This document shows positions 33,501 to 45,500 of a stretch of 64,000 nt of DNA, in pieces. Each line of letters starts with the position of its first letter. Position 1 is the first letter of the stretch. The notes under the pieces were generated by a model. It saw only the letters and a program-made list of their open reading frames with translations, was not told where the DNA came from and did not search any database. This DNA comes from Acidimicrobiales bacterium (lineage in GTDB: Bacteria; Actinomycetota; Acidimicrobiia; Acidimicrobiales; Salinilacustritrichaceae), in NCBI GenBank assembly GCA_038255425.1, contig JBBSLH010000001.1:7-64006 (forward strand). The letters run 5' to 3'. A program made the translations under genes and the position numbers.

Positions 33501-36500
33501 ACCCGGATCGGGGCAGCCAGCGTGACGAGGTTCCCGACTGGGTCACGCAGCTGGATCTCGCCCCCGTCGATGGTCTCCGGGTCGAGCTGGAAACCCGAGG
33601 AGGGTCGGAATCGGACCTCGATGTAGCCGAGAGAGTTGATCAGGTCACGGCCGATCGCCGCACCGGAGAGGCCGACGACGGTCACGTTGCCTGCTGCGTC
33701 GGTGATGGTCCGGATGACGTCGCCGGTGGATCCGTTGACGTCGAAGCGTTGGACGAAGGTGAGCCCGGCAGGCGGTGGCCCGCGTGGGTTGCTGTCGCTG
33801 AACTTGTCGAGCTTGATCGTCACCGTGACCTCGCCGGGGACGAACGTGCCCTCGAGCAGGTAGCGGAACGTGTTGTTGCCGAGGGAGATCGGCTGTCCGC
33901 CGGTCACGCTCACGTCGGCACCGCCGAATCCGCCGATCATGATCTCGTCGCCGGAGATCGTGCCGAGATTCAGGAGGCAGAACCCGGTCGGGGTGGCGCA
34001 ACCCTTGGATGGGCGGAAGGTCACGTCGATGAAGGTGCGAGGCGTCGTGGGCACGGTGAGCGGTTGGGCCGCCGGGAGGGTGTCGTCGGTGTATCCGATC
34101 TGCGTACGGTCGATCTGGAGGTCGACGTCGAGGGCCGCGGCGCCCTTCTGCTCGATGATGATCGGCACGATGAACTGGTTGGTCGAGCCGATCTGGGCGA
34201 TGAGAACGGACTCGTCGAGGGTGATCACCCACCCGTTGGAGTACACGAGCTGGATGCCGGATCGGGCGTCCTTGTCGATGAACAGCAGGGCGTCGATGAC
34301 CGACTTCGGGTCGAGCTGATAACCGGTGGGCACCCCGCCCGATCCGGCGCCGGGCAGGGTGATGGTCACGGTGGTGGGGTTGTCGCCCGTGGCGATGGTC
34401 CCGATGTCGACGGTGTCGCTCGAGAGGAAGCCGGCCTGGTAGGCCCAGCTGCGGGCGATGAACGTGGCCGTCACCGTGCCCGACGTGGCGAACTGACCGG
34501 TCAGCCAGTACCGGTAGGTGAGGGTCCCGGACGAGTCGGTCAGGAAGGTCGGGGCTCGGCTGCCGTCGAGTTGGATCGAGCCGAGGCCCGGGCCGGACAG
34601 GACGAACTCGGCGTCGAGGTCGGTGATCGAACTCCGATCGATGGTCCGTCCGGCTGCCGGGACGAACTGCACGTCGATCCAGTTGCGCCCATTGAGGACG
34701 TTGACGTCGACGCCGGATCCGGCGGTCGGGTCATTGATGCTCGCCGAGGCGCCGGCGATGGTGAACCGCAGTTCACCGGTGGCGTTACCGGCGCCGGTCG
34801 TGGTGCCGGCGTCGTTCGTGACGTCGGAGTTCTTGATGACCCCGGCCGCGAATGTGAGGACCACGGTTCCCATCGGGACGGCGGCGGTGCCGAGGTCGTA
34901 CCGGAACAGGGAGACGCCCTCGCGCAGACTGGCGGCGGCCAACATCTGCGCGTCGGTGGGCGACCCTCCCAGGTCGGCCACGGTGAGGACGACGACCTGC
35001 GTCGATGACCCGCCCGGCGGGGTGTACGTGTAGATGACCTTCCGATTGACCCCGGTGCCGTCGACGACCAGGGCGACGGCCTTGAGCCCGTCCTGGGTCT
35101 GGACGAGAACCATCGGAGCCGGGGCGCCGTTGATGCCGGTGCGCGTGGCGCCGTTGACGGTCATCGTGAACTCGGGGGTGGTGTCGAGGATCGAGGCGTA
35201 GTCGAGACTGGCGCCGGACGGAGCCCGGTAGGTCACGTCGAGGTAGCGGGTGCCCGAGACGTCGGGGTTGATGACCGACACGTCGACGATGCCACCCGGG
35301 GTGACCGCTCCCCCGAGGCCGACCGACGGGTTGGTCGCGGTGGCGATCGGATCGCCGAGGTCCACCACCTCGAACTCGACCTCGGCCCCGGAAGAGTTCC
35401 GGAAGCCCATCTTGAGCTTGCCGTAGATGGAGAGGAGCCGGACCTGGTCCGGGATGTCGGCGAGGAACAGGATCGTGACGTCGCCGGTCGCGATCTTGGA
35501 CAGGTCGGCGTAGAGGCGGCCGGAGATCGAGATGTTGTCGGAGGCGAAGTTGAGCTTGCCGACGATGAGGATCTTGCCGTCGGTCGAGATCTTGACGATG
35601 ACCTCGCCGTTGAAGACCTGCTGCGACGTGTAGATCGAGTAGATCTTGGCGCCGCCGGTGATGACCATCGGAGAGGTGAAGGCGGCGAGGAAGCCATCCC
35701 CTGCGGTCCCGTTGCCGACCGCCTTGGCCTGGGCGGCGACCTGGGCCTGCAGCGACACCAACCACTGGTCGGCCGTCTGGGCAGTGGGCAGCTGGAACCG
35801 CGAGCCGCGAAGGGCGAACGGGTCGTCGATCGACGGGAGGGTCTTGAAGAACTCGACGCCGGCCGAGAAGTCGTTGATCGTCAGACCCGAGTTGGGCTCG
35901 AGCAGGATGCCGCCGGGGATCTCCACGTTGATGAACACCTGGAGCGGGCCGAGTTCGGACAGGCCGAGACGGATGGTGAAGCCGGCCATGCCGGCCATCG
36001 AGAAGCCGCCCTGGATGCCGAGGTAGAAGACTCGTCGCGCCACGGGCGTCGTGGTGTCGAAGGTGCCGATGATGTTGTAGTTGCCGTCGAGCTTGAGGAT
36101 GCCGCCGATGAGCCCGGCGTCGAGGGTGCCGCCGAAGAGGTTGCCCTTGACCTGCACCGCGATGGCGTCGATGCCGATGATCGGGAACTTGCCCTGGGCG
36201 AGCAGGCTCGGCTGGATGCGGATTCCGCGGATCGAGCCGCTGAACTCGAGCCCCTCGAGGCCCTGGATCGACGTGACCGAGGCCGAGAGGATGAGGACGA
36301 AGTCACCGGGGTTGTTCTGGATGTCGGCCCACTGGATGCCGATCTCGTCGATGCGGATCGGGAGGAACGACGGCCACTGGAAGCTCTCACCCGAGGCCGA
36401 CCCGATGGAGAGGAACACGCCGAACCCGGGACGGGTCTGGAAGGTGCCGTCGCCGAGGAACTGGAAGTTGCGAGCTTCGCCGGCGATCGCCAACGACCCG

Positions 36501-39500
36501 ATCGTGACCTTGGCACCGATCGACTGGAACGAGATCAACACGTCGGTGGTCCCGGCTGCCCCGGTGTCGAGCCGCAGGTCGCGTGCCGTCAGGGTCACGA
36601 ACGTCCCGAGCTTGATCTCCATCGTGTCGATGGTGAGCTGGAAGGACTCGACCCTGCCCTCGTTGAAGGTGAGCGCGATGCGGAACGCCTCGGTGTCGAG
36701 AGAGCCGTCGGGTCGACGGTCGTCGGCGGTGTTGCGATCCGACAGAGTTGCCGAGAACGCCTTGCCCGGGAACAGCTTGGCGCCTCCGGTGGCGATGTAG
36801 ATCTGGCCGGTGAACTGACCGAACGGGTTGGAGCCGCCGAAGGTGACGGTGAGACCGGAGATCCCGACGCGGATGTCGTCGAGTTCGAGGATGCCTCCGA
36901 AGGAGATCTTCGGATCGCTGTTCGTCGTGCACAGCTGGTTTCCGGTCGGGGTCGTGCACGGCAAGCCGTAGGCGAGCTCGACCGTGCCGAGGCTGAAGCC
37001 GTTGTTCCGCACGACGAGGCCGGGGATGACGCCGGCGCCCAGCGTGGCCTCGTTGTTGGCGTTGATGTTGGACGACGACGCCGGGTTGTACGGCCGGATG
37101 GTGCCGGTGATGCCGAACCTCGGGAAGGTGATGGTTGCGGTGTTGATCGAGACCAGTTCCTGGTCGTCCTCGCCGTTCGGGTCGTAGCCGATGACGATGC
37201 CGGAGGCGGTGAGCTTGGCGACGTCGGGGATCTCGGCTTCGAGGCTGGCGACACGGAGGCCCCACTTGCCGGTCGGCGCGACCCGAATGGTGCCCGAGAG
37301 GAGACCGAAGACGTCGACGGCGAGGTCGAAGGTGCCCTGGACACCCAGCAGGTCGACGGTGACACCACTGCTCTGCTGAACCGACTGGTTGCCGGTGGGG
37401 TTGCTGGGTGTGCCGCCGAAGTTGAGGCTGGCCCGGTCGACACCGAGAGCGATGGTGAGCACGACCATGCCGTCGGCGAAGCCGAAGTCGGCGAGACCGA
37501 CACTCGGCCCCTGCAGCGCGAGCGGCCCGATGTTGGTCAGACCGCCATTCGTCGACGCGCCGGGTGCCGAGGCGCTGATCGTGAACGCCTGGGTCAGGCC
37601 GGGGGTGTTGGTGTTGTCGTCGCTTGCAGCGGTGGTGGGGCCCTCGCTCGTCCACGTTCCGTCGAACGTGACGTTGACCGTGCCGACGCCGAACATGGCG
37701 ATGGCGTTGGCGGTGTTGGCGTCCCTGAGGAAGTAGCGATACGTCACGGTCGTCGCCGTGTCGGCCCGACCGCTGATGAGCAGGGGTGCTCCGCCCACGA
37801 GGATCGGTCGACCGGCGTCGGGGCCGGTGCCCACCGCCAGGTCGAGAACACCCGTGCCGGTGAGCTTGAACGGGGCGAGGGCCATGTTCAGCGACGACTT
37901 CTTGATCGGTGTGCCGTCGAAGCTGGTGTAGGTGACGTCGACGTACCGTTGCGCGTTGAGCTGCGCCACGCTGATCGCCCCACCGTTGGTCGGGTTGGCC
38001 AGCGTTGCGATCGGACCGGGCAGACCCTGCGGGTTCGATGCTGTGGGGGTCTTCTGGAGGTAGAAGAACTCCTCTTCGAGCATCGACGTGGATCCGTCGC
38101 GGTCGCTGAAGCCACCGGCGAGGAAGCGAACGGTCACCACGCCGCCGCTACCGCCTCCGGGGATACCGGTGACCGAGTACCGGTAGGTGTTGATCTTGCC
38201 GGCGACCTTGGTCGGCAAGGTGCCGATGGTGACGCCGATCGACGACCCGTTGACGAGGATCTCGAACTCTGGGTTGAGGTCGGTGATGGTCTCCGGCCGG
38301 AGTCCGACGCCGTTGACGTCGTTGAACGTCACGTCGATGAAGGTCGGAGCCGCGGCGACGGTTTGGTTCCGCAGCGGCGAGGCCAGGTCGGCGGTCGGGA
38401 AGAGCGTCGGACGATTGGTCGTCGTCGCTGGGGTGTCGGCCGATGTCTGTGGGAAGAGGCTGAATCCGTCCACCTTGAAGTTGTTGAGCCGGAAGCCGGT
38501 GAGGGGCGAGATCGTGAAGGTGGCGTAGCCAGCGAGTCGGGCGATGTCGGTCCCGCCGATGCTGATGAGCACGGCCGCCTGAGCGAGCGTGACGTCGAGG
38601 GTGCCGTTGGGCTGGCGGGTCAGGCCGAGTGTTCCGGTGAGTTCGAACACGCCGGCGACGGCGATGCGGACATTGCTGGCGATGAAGCTGAACGACTCGG
38701 CGGCCAGCGAGTTGGAGGCGCTCGTTCCGGGGGTCGGGACGCCGACCGCTTGGGCGGCCGTGTTGATCTTGAACAGGACCGTGCCCGAGACCTCGAGGCC
38801 GTCGAGACCGACGAAGGCCAGGGTGCCCTGGGCGATCAGGGCGTAGCCGGTCCCGGTCGGTGGGGTGCGGAACTCGATGGCGGCGTTGGTGATGCGGATG
38901 CCGATGGCACCGGGGTTGACGCTGCCATCGGGGAGCCACCCTGGGCCCTTCCCGATGAAGATCTGGAGGTTGCTGCCCGAGAAGATCCCGCCGCCAGCCT
39001 GGAAGTCGCCCTTGATCTCGATGAAGCCGCCGAAGTCGAAGTCGAGATCTTGGACCTGGAAGAGGAACGAGGGGCTGGCTGGCAGATTCAGGACCACTTG
39101 GTCGCCGCCGACTTTGATGGTCTGGTTGACGGCCACGCCGGTGGTGTTGATCGAGAAGCCGACGCTGGCGCTGGCCGAGAACGGCCCGACGGCGCCACCC
39201 GTGCTCACCGTGCCGGTGAGTAGGCCGGCGATACCGCCGGTGCTGGTGACCGGCGTCGGATCGGCCGTCGTCTTCGCTCCCGGCGGGAAGATGACGAGGG
39301 CACCGTTGACCGCGGTGAGGCCTGGCGTGTCGATGCCAGCCTGCGTGTTCGCAGCGTTCTTGGCGATGGATCCGTTGGCGAGGGCGATGCGGGTCGTCTG
39401 GACGCCCGGGCTCTGGGTGATCCGCTCGAATGCGATGTCGGCACGGAGCGCGACACCACCGATCGTCAGCAGCACATCGGACGCCGCGAACCGAAGGTAC

Positions 39501-42500
39501 GGGCCCTTCGGGAGGACCAGCAGGCGGACGTTGGGAACGATCTGGGCCTTGTTGCCGGTGGCGGCCCAGGTGACGAGGAAGCCGCCGGTGGTCGTCGTGA
39601 CCGTGACGATCCCGGCGCCGAGGAGCGCGTTCAGCGCGGTCTGGATGTTGGCCGCCTGCACGTTCGGGGTGGACGACACAGCGATCGGTGCCGAGACCTC
39701 GTTGCTGTCGATGCGGCCGTTGTTGTTCTTGTCCAAGGCGAGGGTGAACGTGCCTGCGGTGACCCCAACGGAGATCCGCTGCACCTCAGCCGTCGCCGTA
39801 CCGCCCTGGGTCAGGGTGCTGGCGTCGACCCCGGCGAACTGGATCTGCTCGTTGACGGGGACGCCGAGATTGTTGATCTGGAGGGTGAGCGATGCGCTGA
39901 AGGCGAGCGGGAACCCGGAGGGAGCGACGAAAGCGACGTTGCCCGTGATCTCGCCGGCCAGGCCCGAGGGCATCAGGACGATGGCGCCGGCACCGCTGGT
40001 GAGGCGGACGCCGATCTCGTTCGGCGTGCCGGCGTTCTCGCCGAGGAACAGGCCGACCTCGGTGAAAGCGATGCGCACGACCTTGGTCCCGGCAGCGGTG
40101 GTGCGCTGCTCGAACACCACGACCGCCTGCAGTTCCTGACCCATCACGGTCACCGTGATCGGCGCACCCGGCGAGCCGACCTGGACCTTCACGTAGGGAC
40201 CTGCTGGCAGTGTCACGCCTCCCACCGACTGGCTCACCGCCGAGTTGTTGATCTGGAGGAACGCCGTGGCACTCGACAAGGAGATGCTGCTGGAGAGCGT
40301 CGTGCTCAGCGTGAGGGTCACCGCGAGGTTGGCGGCCACTCCTTCGGGGGCGATCTTGATCGAACCGGTCGGGATGCCGACGGTGACGAAGGTCGTGGTG
40401 CCGTTGCCGAGGGCGAGTGAGACGTTCTCGAGCTCGATGGTGATCACCCCGGTGGTGGCGTTCTTCGCGAAGGCGAAGTTGCCGGTGAGTCGCTGGCCGG
40501 CGATGTCGAGGCTGACGTTCAGCCCGCTGATCTCGATGCCCGGCTTGATCACCTTGCCGTCGACGGTCTGGTTCCCCACCAGGGTGTTGATGGCGATGCC
40601 GAAGGTGCCGGACACGGTCACACCGGGGATGTCGACTGCGACGGTGGCGTTGAGCCGCCCGGCGATCCCGCCCTTGACCGGGCCAGCCGACGGGATGATG
40701 TCGAAGCTGCCGGAACCGTTGGAGACGACGACGATGTCTCGGTCGGGCGTGCCGAGCCGGAGGCTGACGTTGGCGAAGCGGATCTTGAGCGTGTGGGCTG
40801 GCGACGCGGGGATCGAGCCATCGGAGGCGAGGACGGCGCGACGTTCGAGCGACAGGTCTGCGGTGAGGCGCTGGCCGCCGATCGTGAACGAGAGCCCGGT
40901 GACCGACACCTTGATGGAGGGGCCGACCGGCAGAACGAGGGTCTGGGTGGTGCCGCCGAAGACGAAACTCTCGTTGACGGCGAGCGGCATCAGCTTGCCG
41001 TTCACGAGCCGTTGGAGCTGGTTGATCTCCACGGTCACGGTGGCCGTCGTCGCGCCGATGGCGGCGCCGAGCAGGAGGCTGGCCGTGCCGGAGATGCGGC
41101 CGGCGAATCCGTCGGGCGTCAGCAGGAGCAGGGCCGATCCGCCGGTGATCCGGACGCCGATGTCGTCGGTGAGGTCGCCGGTGGTACCCCCGTTGTCACC
41201 GACGAAAAGCTCGAGAGCGGTCACCCCGATGCGAAGGACGTTCTTGTCGTCGGTCGTGTTGAGCACGCCGTCGACGCCGGCGTTCTTGACCTGCTCGAAG
41301 AGGAAGACGCCCTTCAATGACTGCCCGAAGGCGGCGATCTCGACGGGCACAGCGGTCGTGCCGAGCTGGAGGCGGACGAACTGACCAGCAGGGAGGTCGA
41401 GGCCGAGGGAGCTGTCGACGACGGCGTTCGGCGTGGTGTTGATCTGGAGCGCGACCGCGAGCGGGCCGAGGGTCAGGAAGTCGCCGAGACCGACCACCTC
41501 GACGGTCCCGCTCACCTGGGCAGCGACGCCGCCGGCCCTCAGGAGCAGACTGCCCGTGCCGCCGGTGATGCGGACGCCCTTGTCGTCGGCGGTGTTGCTG
41601 GTACCGCCGTCGTCGCCCAGGAAGAGGAACGCGTTGGCCACCGAGACCTTGACGGTCCGAACTGTTCCGGTGGTGACCTGCTCGAACCAGAAGTCGCCGC
41701 CGAGGGTCTGACCGGCGATCGAGAGACGCAGGTTCGTCCCGCCGATCCGCAGTCGGGCGGACCCGCCGACCGCCACCGGGATCGTCGCTCCGCCCACCGT
41801 GACGTTCACCGTGGAGGCGGTCGCGGTGACGTACGAGTTGAGGTCGAGGGCGACGGTCCCAGACAGGGTGACGCCGGGGACGTTGAGTGTCACGGTGCCC
41901 GACAACGTCCCCGAGATGCCACCGGGGTTGCTGGGTGTGGTGGTGGCCGGCGTCAGCACGAACGCGCCCTGCCCGTTGGTCAGGGTCAAGAGGTCGGTCG
42001 TCCCGTCGCCGAAGCGCATGGTGACGTTCGAGAAGGCGAGCACGGTTCGGGCGCTGGCTCCGGAGCCGGACTGCTCGAACGCGATGTTTCCGCTCAGCGA
42101 CTGGCCGAAGACCGAGAGCGTGACGTTGGTGCCCGACACCCGCAGGTACGAGCCGGCGGGGAGGTCGATGTTGACCGTCTGCCCGCTGAACTGGACCGAT
42201 TCGGTGACCCGCTGCCCGGTGCGGTTGACCGCCAGGCCGAAGGTGCCGGCGATGGTGACGCCGCTGGGCAGGACACCGGTCAGGTCGATGGTGCCCTGGA
42301 GCGAACCGGCGAGCCCATCAGGGGTCAACAGGAGCACGCCCTGGACCCCGGTGAGCAGGTCGGGCAGGCCGTCGAGGGACACACGGCCGCCGGCGATGCC
42401 GATGAGGGTGCGCTTCTGGCCGACGGCGTTGGTGCTGGACGTGATGCTCACCGATGCCGTCAGGGTCGGCCCACCGGAGCCGAAGGTGAAGGTGACGGGA

Positions 42501-45500
42501 TCGGCGACGAAGCGCACGTACGGACCGGCTGGAAGGCGGGTGCCGCCGGGAAGGACGACTGCCGTGGTGCCGTTGTTGATCTCCAGGCGGAACGTCCCGG
42601 TGACGGAGATGCCCGCCCCGAAGCTCAGCACCGTGCCGACGGTGAGGACGCCAGCCAGCCCAGACGGCTGGATCAGCAGCGCGCCGCTGAGGCTGACGAC
42701 ACCGATGCCGGCACCGAGGTCGAGTTGGAGGCTGGTGACCACGATGCGGACGGTGCGGGTGCCGTCGGCGGCGGTCTGCTGCTCGAATGACAGGCCGCCG
42801 GTGAGCTCGAGCCCACCGACGCTGAGGGTGACGTTCGTCCCCGAGATCTTGAGGTAAGGGCCTCCGGCAACGTTGACGGTGATGACACCGATCGGGGTCC
42901 CGGCGCCGAATGTGCCGCCACTCCCCCGGTGCCAGCGCGGGGCGCCACTGCCGGTCGACGTGACGAGGTCGACGACGAGGTCGCCATCGACGTCACCGAT
43001 GGCGATGGCGGCGATTGCGCCGGTCGGCCCGGCGGCGGACGCGCCCCCGAACGTGCCATCGGTGTAGCGGGCGATGTCGACGCCGGTCCCTGTGCTGCGT
43101 ACCAGGTCGAGATCGCCGTCGCCGTCGACGTCGACGAGCAGGACCTTCGTGCTGTTGGAGGTGCCGGGTGGCGGGCCGGCCGAGAACGTCCCGTCGCCAG
43201 CGCCGACGAACAGCGCGTCGGCACCGGCCGCCCCAGCGCCTCGGAACAGGTCGAGCTTGCCGTTGCCGTTCACGTCACCGAGGGCGATGACTGCGGTCGC
43301 CGTGCCGACTCCGGCGACTGTCGCTCCCGTCCCGAGCCCGGTCCAGAGGCCGTTGCTGGCGCTGACGCCGCCGTTGAGGTACCGGGTGACGTCAGATCCA
43401 GCGGCGACGAGGACGTCGGACTTGTGGTCGCCGTTGACGTCGCCGATGGCGATCGAGCGGGCTGAGCTGACACCGAAGCCACCGCTGGCGAACGCCGAGA
43501 ACATCCCTGTTCCGTCGTTCAGGTAGACGAGGCTGGTTGCACCGCTACGGCCGACGACGAGGTCGGGTCGGGTGTCTCCGTCGAGATCTCCGACCGCGAT
43601 GGCGGTGACGTTGTCGGTGCTGGGGCCGACGAGGATCGCTGGGATGGTGTCGAAGGGGTCGCCCGCCCCGTCGTTGAGGTAGAGGAGGACGCCGGTGGTG
43701 GTGCCGACGATGAGGTCGGGCCGGGTGTCGCGGTTGACGTCGGCGAGTGCCGCCGACGTGGTGGTGCCGGGTTGAGGACCGAAGCCGATGGTCTCGTTCA
43801 CCCCGGACGCACCGGTGTTGATCAGGAGGGTGAAGGTGCCGGTGAGCGAGACACCTGGGACGGTGATGGCGACCGTGCCCGTGATGGTGCCGGCCATGCC
43901 TCCGGGCTTCGGCCCGGCGCCGTCAGGATCACCCAGGAGGAAGAATCCGCTTCCCCCGGTCAGCGTCACGTAGGCCGTCGTGCCGTCACCGAAGGCAGCC
44001 GTCACGTTCCGCATGGCGATGCGGACGACGACGTTGCCCCCGACGGTGGCCTGCTCGAACACGAAGTCGCCGGAGAGACGTTGGCCGGCGAAGCGGAGGT
44101 CGGCGCTGCCCTCGACCCGGACGTACGGACCGGCGGGAAGGACGAGCGAGATGGTCTGTCCGCCGAAGTCGAACGACTGGTTGACGTTGGTCGTGGTGGT
44201 GTTGACCGCGACCGTGAAGTCACCGTCGAACACGACCCCGCCGCCGGGGACGTTGAAGACGATGTTGCCGCCGATGCGACCGGAGAGGCCCGCACTGGTG
44301 AGCACGAAGAACGCCGTTCCGCCGTTCAAGGTGATCACGCCGCCGCCGAGGTTCAGCGAGACGTTGGTGGCCGCCACCCGGATCGTCTTGGGAGCCGGCG
44401 TGCCCGGCGGTGCACCCGGGCTGACCGTGCCGGTGACCTGCTCGAACGCGAACACCCCTGACAGGGCCTGGCCGGCGATGGTGATCGAGGCGGGCGAGGC
44501 CACGGTGCCGAGTTGGACCCGGATCGAGTTGGCCGGGATCGGCACGATCGGGCCACCCGAGCCGTCGGGATCCTGTTCGGCCATCGTGGTGTTGATGCGC
44601 AAGAGCACGGGAAGCGTGGTCGACAGACCGGGGAAGGCGAAGGTGGCGCTGGCGTCGACCTGGCCGTACAGACCTGCCGGTGTGCTGACCAGCACGCCGC
44701 TGGCGATGCTGAGCACGATGGGGGCGTCGGCAGCGTTGTCGGCGCCGAGGGCGACGGTGACGGGTCCACCGGTGGGGAACGCTGCCGTACCGAGCTTGAT
44801 GGTGAGCGTCGTTCCGGACTTCTCGAAGGCGAAGGCACCGGTGAGGCGCAGCCCTCCGCCGATCGAGAACGTGAGGCCGTCGGCACCGACGAGCACATAG
44901 GGCACCGGGGTCGGCCCGCCGGTTCCTGCGGGGACGGCGAAGGCGCCCTCGGCCGAGAACTGCGCGCTGGTGGTGGCGTTGTACTTGACCCGGATGGTGG
45001 TGGCCAAGAGCTCGAGGCCGGGCATGCCGACCAGTGAGACCGTGCCCTGGGCGCTGAAGGCCCGGTCGCCCCCGTCCGCGATGGCGAAGCCGTTGGCTCC
45101 GGTGATGAGGATGCCGCGGGCGGTCGGGTTGGGAGCTCCACCGGAGAGGAAGGCTGGGCCCTGTCCGACGAAGATCGTGACGTTGTTGAACGACACTTGA
45201 CCGGCACCGAAGGTCACCGATCCGGTGATCTCGATGAAGTCGCCGAGCTTGATGGTGCCGGAGCCGGAGAAGGCGACGAACGCCCCGTCGGTCGTGTTGG
45301 AGACCTCCGTCGAGCTGAAGACGATCGGGATCTGGACGCCGCCGACCTCGATGATCTCGTCGACGGCGGACTCGCTGCTGTTGAACCGGACGGCGACGCT
45401 GATGTCAGCGTCGAAGCCGGCGGCGCCGGCGGTGACCCGACCGGAGAAGTTGCCGGCGACCCCACCCGTCGTGCCGGGCAGGACGATGAAGGCCCCCTGG

